From Chrysomallon squamiferum (taxonomy: Eukaryota > Animalia > Mollusca), in the NCBI GenBank assembly GCA_012295275.1, contig CM022676.1, positions 3,906,001 through 3,970,000 of the forward strand: a DNA stretch of 64,000 nucleotides, read 5' to 3'. The translations under genes and the position numbers were made by a program. Shown piece after piece: positions 1 through 13,450 of this stretch (positions within the stretch are counted from its first letter, which is position 1; each line of letters opens with the position of its first letter). The notes beneath the pieces were generated by a model. That model saw only the letters and a program-made list of their open reading frames with translations. It made no database searches and had not been told where the DNA came from.

Positions 1-54
1 ATTATAATGATGATAATGATGATGATGATGATGTTGCTGAGGAGATCTACTAAC

Positions 55-634
55 CCAGCCAGAACTCGTTAGTGAGATTTCCAAATCCTTCCTTGTACTC
101 GTTCCATGTCCTGTTAAACTCTTCTGATCCGTCACGTCTTCTTTGTATTACCTGAAGTTATTGTCATTGTTGTTGTTATTATTTTCTTTATTATTAATAG
201 TAGTAGAAGTAGAACTGTCGTTTCTGTTATTATTCTTGTTGCTGTTTTTATTATCAGCCATATCTACTTTCAGTTACTCAATCATAAAATAAGATTCAAA
301 AATATTTAATAGTAGTAGTACTTGTAGTAGTAGCAGTTATTGTTATAGTAGTAACGATAGTACCAACAGTAGTATTTATTTATTTATTTATTTAGTTCTT
401 TGTTTGTTTGTTTTGTTGTTGTTGTTTTTTGTTTGTTTGTTTGTTGTTGTTTATTTAAATGACCTACCAGCCATCCGCCCTCGCCATCCATTTCACAGTA
501 AACGTTGATTGGCTCGCCGCCGTCACGTGGTTCCACTGAGTAAATGCCGCTGTTACGTGAATGTCGCATCCACCAATCCATGCAGTCAGCCGGTTTAGTT
601 TTCACTGAAAAATAATTAATTAATATGTGTGTTC

Positions 635-675
<41 letters not shown>

Positions 676-1028
676 TGTGTGTATGTGTGTGTGTGGTAAA
701 CACAATCCTTACCGTATCCTATAGATCCCGTTTGGGGTCTTTGAGTTAATGACGTCAGAGTGACGTTATATCCTCTACACTTTCGTAAGAGACTGTCGAA
801 GACAAACCCTTCACACGATTGTTTCGCTTGAGCGTGACACAGCAGAAGACACGTTGAAGAGGAAGTGACGTCATTTCGTACAAACTGTGCTTCTTCCTCT
901 ACAGTGACGTCATCGAATAGTTTGTCGTAACGGACGGGAACTTGTGTACAAACTTCTGTGTTCGTATTAGATGTCATAGCAGATATTATGACGTAATGGT
1001 ACAGAATATAAGACACGTAATTTGCCAT
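55..1028 (-). CDS. Secreted PAN/apple + fibrinogen-related domain (FReD) protein, 5' part; continues off the left edge
   Basis: Exons 1028-713 (hydrophobic N-terminus; PAN-type [28 protein letters not shown]), 604-468 (VKTKPADC...SGIYSVEP...[14 protein letters not shown]) and 151-55 ([33 protein letters not shown]). GT-AG introns with consistent phases 1,0,1. The motifs are canonical for fibrinogen C-terminal domains. Confidence 0.9.
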
Positions 1029-2123
1029 ATGTTTGATTCTGTATTAAAAACGTTTAGGATTAAACTTAGATGCTACTTCTTCTGTATTATAAGAAAATGA
1101 AGAGAAATTCTCCAGTCACAAGTTAAAAAAAAACATAAAGCACACTGATTACTTTTGTGTTTTGTGTTTTCGTTTTACGATTTAGTATCGAAATTCCACA
1201 CGAAATATTTTCTCTCCATTGTCTGTACAAACATGAACCATATTTTAACAGTATACTTAAAATAAAAACAACATAAATATATATATAAAAAAAAAAATCT
1301 TTAATTTCTCTTAATATCCTTAAAACTGGAAATGTTTCTCTTGTAAGTGTTATTAATAATATTCTGGACTACGATACTAAAAACGTATCTAGAAACAATT
1401 GATGCTGATGTTGTTACTGTTGTCGCCGTTTCTGCCGTTGTACAAGACGATTATGTACTTCCTTGTTGTTGTCGTCGTGGCTGTTGTTGTTTCTGACCAG
1501 CATGGTACCTGAACACGAACGCGGTATAAATTGTTGATGTTGTTTCAATTCTTGTCGTTGTCTTTGTTGCTCGTGATCACGACGATGAGGTATATCCCGA
1601 CTTATTTGTCACTGTCGTCGGCGCAGTTGTTGTTCAAAACAGTGGTATCTCATGAGACGTTGCTGGTGTTTGTGCCCGTTGTCGTTGATGATTTTAATCT
1701 TACAGCTTTCATCGTGTGTTGATTATAACTGACATCCGAATATAGACGTGTTTTTGAAATATATCAAATATATTATTCTTCCGAAATAAAAAAAAAAAAA
1801 AAATAAAAAAAAATTATGGAAACCGAGTCTAGAATCGAAAATGACTAACAATCTTTTCACCAGCGTAAACTAGAATTCGCACACGAAAATCACTGTCTGC
1901 ATATGGACTACAACCAAAGGAAAACGCTGCCTTATTTTATCTCGGTTCTAAACCTGGTACAAAATAATTATAATATATACATACGACAAGAATCCTACAC
2001 GTCAGCTTTTTTGTTGTTGTTCTGGTTGTTAAGTTAACTGCCCACTTGAAACTATAGACACACAGAAACACACACAGTTGCAACGACAACAAAGCAATAA
2101 TCCACACAATAAAAATTATAATG

Positions 2124-2165
<42 letters not shown>

Positions 2166-2490
2166 GGTTATAAAAATATGAGCTCTCAACGTTATTACGT
2201 TTCAAGGTTAAGAATGGAAATATGTGACACTACGTTCTCGAATTTTTCCTCTCTTGCTATATAATACAAATTACCGTTTTTACCATTTTTATTAGCATTC
2301 TGTGAAAATGTCATCTGATCGCTTTCAATGGAGTAGAGAACAAAACATAAATGTTATTGCTGGATAATGATAAATTCTTTTATACTTCACAATTGTGCTT
2401 CTGTTGGTCGAGCAGTTTTTATCAACGCGTACAAAATAAATTCTGATTTGTATTTGTGAAACGTCGATACTGATCAAATAAAAAACGATT

Positions 2491-2521
<31 letters not shown>

Positions 2522-3102
2522 TAAAATAAATAAATAAATAAACAAAGAAAAAACTGTATAATCAAATTAATAATCGTTTTGTATAATAATATAACGATAT
2601 TTTCAAATAACAGCACAACGTGCATGAAGCAACAACAAAGAAAAAACAAAATATATATATCTCTATATATATATATATAAGATCATTATTTCCATTTTTT
2701 TAAAACTTATTTTGAGTAAAGTAATATGACAGCAATAGTAATAGTAGAAGTAGTAGTAGTAGTAGAAGTTGTAGTAGTAGTAGTAGACATAGTTGTAGTA
2801 ATAGTAGTAGTAGTGTAGTTGTAGTAGTACTAGTTATGGTAATTCTAATAGTAGTAACAGTAGTAGTAGTAGTAATACTGCTACATTGGTGTTAAACGAT
2901 ATACTGGCATTAAGTGATAGAAAAAAAATAGTACTGACTGCTGTTACGTACACGTATATATCTATGTGCTTGTGTTTATCTCGTTCTTTCGTCTTTATAC
3001 ATTAATAATTAACACAAACCGGATGATACTATTAACGCAACGAACCTAACAGATAAATGTATCAGTTTTCTTTCTATAATTTTATTCTTCTTTTTTCTTT
3101 TA

Positions 3103-3135
<33 letters not shown>

Positions 3136-3375
3136 CTTCTTTTATTTATATATTACAATTAATTGTACGGAGTTACCGAACGAGAAATCTGATCTAGTTA
3201 ACTGTTTTGGTTCACAGATATAAAATTAGAAAAGATCGATATAAATCAGTTTTCAAAAGCAAACGAGAGATAACCTATATTTTAGTACAAAGTTACGGAT
3301 CACTTCGTTTACCAGAAACGAGGTCACGTTTAATTCGACGCTAGATGTGTAATTTTACATATTGTATAATAATAA

Positions 3376-3406
<31 letters not shown>

Positions 3407-3639
3407 AAGAAGAAAAAGTAGAAGTAAAATTAGAAGAAGAAGAAGAAGATTAACAAATTTTCCGGTCGATATTTTGCTTTGAGTTGCGAGCCAAAATCCG
3501 AGTTACGAGCGAGCTTCAGATTCGCCGCCGCTTGTTGGCGCAACGAAACATTACAACATCCGGCCAGCGCTCCGCGTCTCACTCGTTTGCTCCACGTGGT
3601 TACCTCGCCATGAAAGCATCTTTGTTGTGTTGTGATCGC

Positions 3640-3863
3640 GTTTCTAAGAAAGTGAGTGCAAAGAACAGTACTGAGGAGAAGAAGCGGATGATGCCTTTTG
3701 AATTAAAGCATGAAATCATAGAAAAACATGAGTGAGGTGTGCGTGTAGTCAACATGGCTAGGCAGTACGAGCGTACTACTTTTACGCTGTGTACCACACT
3801 GTAGTAGATGGAGTCGATAAAGGCTGTAACTCCAGCCAAAGGCGTTAAAGTAATTTATAAATG
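3640..3863 (+). mobile_element. Decayed Tigger/pogo (Tc1-mariner) transposase N-terminus (CENP-B/psq HTH)
   Basis: One frame reads KKVSAKNSTEEKKRMMPFELKHEIIEKHE*GVRVVNMARQYERTTFTLCTTL**MESIKAVTPAKGVKVIYK*, resembling Tigger-type N-termini, with 3 internal stops. The GC-richer flank from about 3455 is probably element 5' sequence. No DDE domain or TIR pair found. Confidence 0.75.
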
Positions 3864-5680
3864 ATGGAGAAACCCCCAAAACTCTGTACATTTTCCGAAA
3901 CAAATTTATTTCTTTACATTCTCTTTTATTTTGTTTTCATACAATATTTGTGACACACACACACACACACACAAAAGAAATAAAATAAATAAATGAATAA
4001 ATAACAAAGAATAAAAAACGAGATACCTTCTAACAGGATGGAAACACTTTAAAAGATTACAATTGCATCTTGCAGACTGTTCAGTTAGATTTTTTTTGAA
4101 AATATCCTAGTTTATACACATTGGACGTAATGTGCGTAATCTCAAAAAGACAGTTTGTACAGTCTACTTTCAGCAGTTCTCTTCTTCTTTCTATTCACAT
4201 CAATGTACGTTTCTTTCTCGATCTATTATTATTAGTATTTAAAATAAAATCTTAAGGAAATAACTAATTTTATTTATTTATTTTTTCTGCAAAGTTCACT
4301 CTTTTTGTCTTAATATATTATTTTCCAGTCTAAAATTTGCAGTCAAAAACGTAGATTTTTCATGCAAAATTAATGCAGAATAATCTTTCGTACCAGAAAT
4401 TACATTTACGACTGATGCGATATCTATCGAAACGACAAAACAACGAAGTAGTATTACGTCGTGAAGTTTCCTATAAAACAAACACTCTACGTCATTTTCA
4501 TTACGTAATGAAATTTTCACCAAATCAGTTTCTATTTTTAGTTTATTTATAGGGCGCCGGGCCAAATGAGCACCAACTGCCACACGTAACAAAAATTACA
4601 CCTCCGAAATCTCTTGATAGCGATTCCGCGCAGATTCCGGTGAGGAATCTACGTGCCATAAATAGCAAAGGCCCTTTTAATATGTGTCATGGACTAAAGA
4701 CTTTAAGTATTGTTATGAGTACAAGTCAACAGAGGTGTCTTGAATTATAATATTTCCAATAATAAATTACAGTTTAAAGTATATAATAGAATTTTAAAGA
4801 TGTTGTTTTTAAATCGTTAAAATACTGTTATTAGTTTAATTATTTGAAAGCTTTTGCATGCTTCTTATTCATATTTTTCAAATATTTGTTATTATTGAAT
4901 TTGTTGTATATTTTTCAACTTCGATTTGAATATTCGAAATATCCACTCAGACTGAGTTTCGCATGTCGTAAAGCATTTGAACAATAAACCTGTTAAGCAT
5001 GAGTCTCCAGTAAACATGAAAATTATTTAATTTAGAATTAAGCGCCGTATAGAAAATTTGAACACAAAACCTAGTAAGAATGAGTCTCAAGCAATTGCGA
5101 GAATTACACATCTGTGACTGCATAAGGTCCCCGTAAAATATAATACAGTTAAAACTATAACAACTAGTTTTGTTCACCCACCCTAAGAACGATAAAACTT
5201 TTATTGCACTGGGTTTGGTCTGAAATATAAAACATTTAAAAAGATAAGAACCAGCTTTATTAACCCACATGGTTGAACGATCGAACGTATAATATTGTCT
5301 CAGATCCGCCTCTGGAATATAACAGTTCAAAATATCACTGCCAGGTTGGTATTTTGAACCTATCCCGTGAATTATCGATGTTTTGTTAAGCTCGAATACA
5401 CACTGAATACAAAGTATGCTTCTCTTTGTGATATACACAGTCGTTTGTGAGAACGCTATGAACAAAATAGGTACTCGTAAACATGGTTATGTAAAAATCG
5501 TGCTCTTTCGCACTGTTCGTAGAAAACAGTATTTTGAAAACCGTACAGTCCATTAAGACGCTTGAAAGAAACGGTTTACTTTACGATGTTCTCGACTGCT
5601 ATTCGGATATTGATGTGTTTGTGTGTGTTTTTATTTTAGCGTAAATTTTTATAAGCGTTATGGTACATATATACATACGG

Positions 5681-5685
<5 letters not shown>

Positions 5686-5744
<59 letters not shown>
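5686..5744. repeat. (GT)n microsatellite
   Basis: Direct reading. Confidence 0.95.
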
Positions 5745-5745
<1 letters not shown>

Positions 5746-6154
5746 TATTTTCATTTAAGAGGTTATGATACATACATACATACAGACATAGAGACAGCAC
5801 GTAGACAGACACAAACATTAATCGATAATTGTCAAGACAGTTTTTTTTTTATATATATACGACTTCCTATAGACAGTCAAACAATATTATCAGCTTTAAT
5901 AAATAAAACTGAACAACATGGTTGGAACAGGAAAACGCAAAATAAGGACGCTGATAGGAAAATTACGCGTGATAACCGACAAGACCTGTATGAAATAAGA
6001 AATCAATAAATCACTTTTTTCTATTTATTTCTCACTAAACATTTAGCAACAGCAATACGTCTTAGTGTCAGGAGAAGGTTAACAAATACAGGAACTGAAA
6101 GCTTTAAACCGAATATTAATAATGGCCAAAGAAAAGGTATTTAAACCCTACTCT

Positions 6155-6335
6155 ATACGTAATGAATGCGTTTTGTAAACGTGAAGAATACGTATTACGT
6201 CGTAATGCATGCGTATTGTGTTACGCAAATAATACGTATTGTGTCCGTTATGAATACGCATTGTATAATGTAAAAAACAACAACGATGCATTGTAAATGG
6301 TTATAAGTGGTATTCTGTACGTAACTCATACGTAA
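6155..6335. repeat. Degenerate ~22-bp minisatellite (approx. CGTAATGAATACGTATTGTGTA)
   Basis: Recurrent cgtaatgaatgcgttttgt / cgtaatgcatgcgtattgtg / cgttatgaatacgcattgt. Confidence 0.6.
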
Positions 6336-7435
6336 TATATATATATATAAATGCAGATACGTTTATTTGTCTGATAAATGAATATTTGGTAAGAGTCAAT
6401 ACTTTTGTCGTGCACTAAGACATTCACATGTTTTATCATTAAAATCTTTTTTAATTAAACTGAAAAGACACTTCAAGCAACGAGGCCGCCCCAGTCTTAC
6501 AAGTATAAAAATCTTCAGTGGAATGAATGTGTGTGTGTGTGTCTATGTTTATATACATGCATACATACATACATACATACATACATACAAAGACACACAG
6601 ACACACAATGCGTAAAATAATTTCTTCGTTTTGATTCATCAGCTAAATTCATTTTTATTACGATATTAATTCTCATAATTTACTGCATTTCGATAAACCT
6701 GAAGGAAACATTCACATTAATCTGGAGCCAACCATTGTCAGGAGAACATTTTTAATGAACCTCTGTGAATAATAGATAGACATATAGATCGACAGATTGA
6801 CAGACAAACAGTTAGATAGACAGAAAAGATAGACAGAAGGGAGAGATAAACAGATATATATATATATAACAATATCATTACCTTTGATAAATAAAATTGA
6901 ATACAGAGATTGGAACAGGAAAACGCAAAATGAGGACGCTGATTGGAAAATTACGCTGAATAAGTATTTATATATATATATGGATGGATAGATAGACAGA
7001 GATAGATATATAGATAGACATATACATATATAGGTAGACATTCACACATACATAGACACACACACACACACATATATATATATGTATATGTATATACATA
7101 TATGTATCTATGTATGTATGTATGTGCATATATAAGGTATATATACATATATACATTTTCCTTTCTGAAGCTACAAACAATTCACACTATGTTCACGGGG
7201 GCGTGGTTACGTCAATAAATCACACAAATAAGTGTGTATGTGGGTGTGGGGGGGGTATATATGTACACGTACTTAACATTAGCGCTGATTTAGGTCAACA
7301 TGGTACATATTTGTGAAGTCTATTCTCTAAATACATTAACACAGCAATACGTTCGACGAGGTAAAAAAAAAAAAAAAATTAGTTGTCAGACTTCAGGCGA
7401 ATGAACGAGACAAACGTCAGGGAAACCCAGTAGCT

Positions 7436-7525
7436 GTATAAGGGGAAAACTTTATTAATCACAGGTAGAAATTCACCGTCACAGAACACCTGAGAGGAGA
7501 ATTGAGGTGCGTAGTACAGGTAAGT
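7436..7525 (+). promoter_or_regulatory. Candidate promoter and non-coding first exon of TRIM-A
   Basis: TATA-like gtataagg at about 7436 and a consensus donor CAG|GTAAGT after 7519. It could splice to the acceptor tttattttattccgcag| at 13380. Inference only. Confidence 0.4.
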
Positions 7526-7675
7526 TTATTAAACTGTTGTAAATAGAAGTTACTGACAGGTGGGATGTTTGATGTGTGTTCGTGTGTGTAGGTGCGTGTG
7601 CGTGTGTGTGTGTGTGTGCGTGCGTGCGTGTTCGTGTATGTGTATGCATTTATTGGTGTATTTGTGTGTCTGTCT

Positions 7676-7818
<143 letters not shown>

Positions 7819-8015
7819 CGTAGTTTAGTGTAACTGGTAGTTTAGGTAGGTGTGTGTATGTGTAAATAAATAAATAAATATATATATATATATATATATT
7901 GAGAGATATATTGAGAGAGATATTGAGAGAATATATATATATAATCAATATTTAATATTTAAATCGATTATTAAATTTAACAAACCAACAATTAACTAGG
8001 TAAGCAAGTAAGATA

Positions 8016-8063
<48 letters not shown>

Positions 8064-8595
8064 ACAAACAAATAAAAAAATAAAAAAATAAATAAATGAA
8101 ATAAATAAAAAAAATAAATAAAAACAAAATAAAAAAAATAAAATAAACAAACAAATAAAAAATAAAAAAATAAAAAAATAAATAAAAAATAAAATAAAAA
8201 GAATAAATTAAAAAAATAAATAAAAAAAACAAAAAAAATAAAAATAAATAAATAAATGACTAAACAAACGCTCAAAACATCAAACAAACAAACACACTAA
8301 CCAGCAAACAAATAGCGATCACGAAATGCTGATAAAAATAAACCAATAAATTATTACTGCAGAGGCGATATACGCTCTTGTGTCTGTTTGTGTCCGTTTT
8401 AGCTTTGTTTGTTATCGACTCCTTCGTCTGATTTACGACGTCGGCGTCTCTCGATTAAAACTGGCTCTCTTAAGTTTACACACTTCATCATAAACACTGC
8501 TATTAATCCGTATTTGTAAACAGTGTACGTACAGGTAACTGCTTGTTTCTTTTAAATAACATATCCAAACATGCACGGATATAATGGCATGTGTG

Positions 8596-8631
<36 letters not shown>

Positions 8632-8941
8632 GTATATATATGTATATGTATATATAAAACAAAGTATTTTTTCTTGAAATTCTTTCACTGTAATTATTGT
8701 TATTCTTCTTGTTCATTCATTTAGTCGTTGCTGTATTTATTGCTATTGCTACCATTACTACTACTGTTACTACTGCTACTACTAATATTACTGCTATCCC
8801 TATTAGTACTACTGTTATTTATTATTATTATCATTACTATACTGTCACTACCACTGTTACTAATATTTGTTTAACATCATCATCATCATTATTATTATTA
8901 GTTTTTTTAAATTTTATTTACGAAACAAGAACAATATATTT

Positions 8942-8945
<4 letters not shown>

Positions 8946-9029
<84 letters not shown>
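8946..9029. repeat. (CT)n microsatellite
   Basis: Direct reading. Confidence 0.95.
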
Positions 9030-9032
<3 letters not shown>

Positions 9033-9487
9033 ATACCCTAACTTCCACCTATCAAAGAATCGTACATTATTTAGAGTGACGCAACTGGCAATAGATCTAC
9101 ACATTGACAACTCAGCTGACTGTCATTTCAAAAAAAAAAAAAAAAAAAAAAATGCTGACGTCTCACGTGTCCAGCTACCCCCAGCCTACACAATGTCACA
9201 CCCCACCTGAACTACCTCAGATATCTCCACACACCACACTCAAAAAATAATAATATATATATATATTAAAACAAATTATTTAGAATAGTATCTGTTATTT
9301 TGTAATCTAATCCTGGCCAGTGTAGGATTATTCAGCAGTACCGTTATGTGATCACGGATTATCACCATTGTTTTCTAATTCTTTATTATTTTAGTAACGG
9401 TATTTTTCTTAAGGCGTTTTTATACACTATAATTCTCAGTAACACATTTCAGTTATAACAGTAGAAATAACAGTAGCAGTAGTAGTA

Positions 9488-9538
<51 letters not shown>

Positions 9539-9636
9539 GTAGTAGTAGTAGTAGTAGTAGTGGCATGGTGGTAGTAACAATAGCATTAGCTCTGGTAATA
9601 ATAATAATAACGAAACAACCAGAACGACGACGACGT

Positions 9637-9667
<31 letters not shown>

Positions 9668-9984
9668 AATAACAGCAGCAACAACAACACCAATAAGAAT
9701 CATATAACAGTGGCAGCAGTAGCAATATCCATAACAGTAGGAATAGAAGTATAAACAGTGGTAGAAGTATTAATAATAATAGATGTAGTAATGCGCATGT
9801 GGTAGTAATAGTAATGGCAATAGTAGTAGTAGTTGCTGCTACAGTAGGTGTAGGTGTAGCTGTTGCACGCTTTGGCGGGTAGTTGTTGTAAAACAGTCAC
9901 AATGTATTCTAATATTGCTTTGAAGTAATCACGAACTTTAATTTTCTTTTCTCGTCACAACCAGTAGTAAACCTGTATCCAACC

Positions 9985-10300
9985 AAATTGTTAGGTGTGA
10001 ACGCTTCTTTACGACTGGTAATGTGATAATACTATAATCGCAGTATAAATTCGTTACGCGTGAACGCCTCTATGTGAGTAATGGATATTATAACAATGTT
10101 TAAAAAAAAAATCGTTACGTGTGATCGCTCCTGTATATCTCTGAATCTATTAATTATTACAGTATGTTAAAGTGCTACTTTTCGTCGGAGAAAGTAATGA
10201 ATATAGTGACGTCTGATAGCTCCTTTATGTCTCTGAATCTAATTAACATTAGTACAGCGTTTAACGAAGTCGTTTCGTGTGAACGCACCTTTACCTCTCC
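9985..10300. repeat. Degenerate ~60-bp tandem repeat with core TCGTTACGTGTGAACGCTCCT
   Basis: Core variants near 9990, 10052, 10112, 10206 and 10270. Confidence 0.6.
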
Positions 10301-10627
10301 GGCGATACCGTTATAGAGTATCGCTTAATCGGTTAATCTATTTAACCGTCTCGTTCAGTATATTTATTATCACACGCTGTGGTGTCGGATATCCACTCAG
10401 GGGCTGGATAAGAAAGAACTGAACGGTTCTGATAAGGTAAACTGACTACAGTAACTGAAGCTGTAGGTTAAGTAAGAGATTTCGTGATCCACAGTTTGCG
10501 GGATCGTGTCCACTTCAAACGCAAAATGTATTGTCAGATTGTTTTACTCTGTATTTCGATTGATTCTCTGATATTTATCTCTCTCTCTGACTTTCTTATA
10601 TTATTTCTATCTTTTCTTTCTGATGCC

Positions 10628-10765
<138 letters not shown>

Positions 10766-12035
10766 TCATATTACGTATGTATGTATGTATATATATATAT
10801 ATATATAATTAAATGTACACACACACACACACGCATACATAATATTGCTTCATATTTCTTATAATTTCTTGTTGGGTTTTTTTCTCTTTATTTGTCACCC
10901 TGACATTCTGTTTTTCTCTCGGCAGTTACCCCCCACCCCCCGACACTCTTTACCCCCTTACAACAATCAATAAGCCAATATCGATTTTGGCGGTCTCTAA
11001 AAAAAAAATCATACCCTTTTAATTCAAATCACGGCGATATACCACGACGTCGTCAAATCAGCCGATCGTCACGGATGACAACGTCGCCTTTGTACATGCA
11101 TTAATCTCTGAAAAATATTCACATATACGACATAAAACCGTTCAATAACCAATACGTGACCCTACCCGATGAAATGAGATGGATGTCCATTTTAAAAATT
11201 ATTATTATTATTGTTGTTGTTGTTGTTGTTGTTATTATTATTATTATTATTGTTGTTATTGTTGTTGTTGTTGTTGTTGTTGTTGCATCATCATGATGAT
11301 TGTTATTGTTTGTTGTTTATTATTATCATCAAATCATCATTAGTATTATTGCTGTTGTTTATTAAAAATATGGAAATCAAATATTTTAAGGAAAATGCAG
11401 ATGGTAGTCTTTGTTGTTTTTTGATTAAATAGAAATAATAATAATAATAATATTGTTGCTGTTGTAATACAAAAAATGGAAATCAAATAATAATAATAAT
11501 CTGGTATATAGTAGTCTTTAGATGTAAATAAAACAAAACAAACAAAACAAAAAAGCCAACAGCAATAATAATTAAAACAAACGGCGAAACATTAAAACAA
11601 TCGCAACATGCAGCAAACTAATTCCTGCAATAATGTCTGACTTGGCTCTGTCGTTTGCTGCCTTTTGATACCTTTCTTTGCGTATGGTCACAGAACAAGG
11701 CGTTGATTTTTTTTTGGTAGACCTTCATTTGTTTTCTTTGCTGTTTGTCTCCCTCGTGTTTAACAGTCTTTGTCACCTATACAAATATGTTGTGTAAACA
11801 TGGACTCAGCAATGCGGTTACTGATAACAAGTAAGTGGCTGTTTTGGATCGCACAAACGGAAAGGATTATAATATTAACAATATCTTTTGTGATAGTATT
11901 AGCTGTAGTAATAGTTTTGATAGTAGACGTACTAGAGGTACCGCAGGTATAGGTATTAGCAAATGCATTTATTTTCGTTGTTGTTGTTGATGTTGTTAAT
12001 AGCACTTGTAGTGGTAGTAATATCAGTAGCAATAC

Positions 12036-12082
<47 letters not shown>

Positions 12083-12669
12083 CTAGTAGTAGTAGTAATA
12101 GTGATAGCTGCTAATAATAGTAGAATCAGCAGTAGTACTAGTAACTATATTAGTAGTAGTAGTTGTAGTAGCACTAAGTCGAATTATTCTAGAGCAGTAG
12201 TAGATGTAGTATCTGAAGTAGTACTACAGGTAGTAGTAGAAGTGTTAGTAGGAGTACTAGTAGCAATACTAAATTAGTAGTAGTAGTAGGATTATTAGTA
12301 GTTATAGTAGTAGTAGTAGCAGCAGAAGCAGTAATATGAGTGGTAGTAGTAGATGCTGTAGTACCAGTATCTAGATTAATGATATTAACAACAACAGTTA
12401 ATGCAATAACGTCTTCAACTTCTACAACTTCTGCTTCTGCCTCTACTACTTCTACAACGGCATTGTAGAATGGGACAATCAAACTTTATTATTAGCAAAC
12501 ATTAGGAGGCAATATATTTATAAAAAGGAAAAATTAAAATAAATACTGAATACATTTAAGGTACTGCTGCTTTCACTGTATGACTAGTTTAAGTCACAGA
12601 AAAAGACTGTTTGTTTCAAGTTACGACGTTGGCCGCTATGTTGCATATGAACGTAAATACAGAACAATA

Positions 12670-12728
<59 letters not shown>

Positions 12729-13086
12729 CAGTTATATTTGACACGAACGTATTTTCCTTCTTTTTTAATGTCAGTCTTAAGAATTCTTATTAAAAACCAC
12801 AATAAAAAAAAATTCTGATCATTAAAAAACAAAGAAAAAGAAAATAAAGGAAATAAAGAAAAAGAAAGAAAAGAAAAAGAAAAGAAAAGAAAAAAAAAAG
12901 AAAGAGAAAGAAAGAAAGAATAAAATAATATGAAATGAAATAAAATGAAATACTACTACTACTACTACTCTATTATTTCTATTACTATTACTACTATTAA
13001 TAATAATAATAATAGTAGTAGTAGTAAAAAGAAGAAGAATAGAGAAATAATTTAAAAAATAAATAAAATAAATAAACAATAGCACT

Positions 13087-13179
13087 AATAACAATAACAA
13101 TAATAATAATAATAACAATAACAATAATAAAAACAATAACAATAATAATAATAATAATAATAACAATAGTAATAATAAC

Positions 13180-13249
<70 letters not shown>
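13087..13249. repeat. (AAT/AAC)n microsatellite
   Basis: Direct reading. Confidence 0.95.
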
Positions 13250-13250
<1 letters not shown>

Positions 13251-13450
13251 GGTCGTGCAGTACAGGTGGAGAAGAAATTTATGTCTATTTAACCCACTCA
13301 GTGTTACTGATTACTACTCACAAAGACACAATCTCCGGCAGCGACAACGTCTTAACTGATACGTTTATTTTATTCCGCAGGGTGCGTCACGTGACCGAAG
13401 ATAGCCGCGGAAACGAGGCGGCGGCCAGCTTGTTTTTCATTCCGGACAAA

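Noticed and set aside
13301-13450. 50-aa N-terminal extension of TRIM-A in the ORF track
   Set aside because: GTG start upstream of a clear splice acceptor at 13380; ATG 13451 has good context just before the RING
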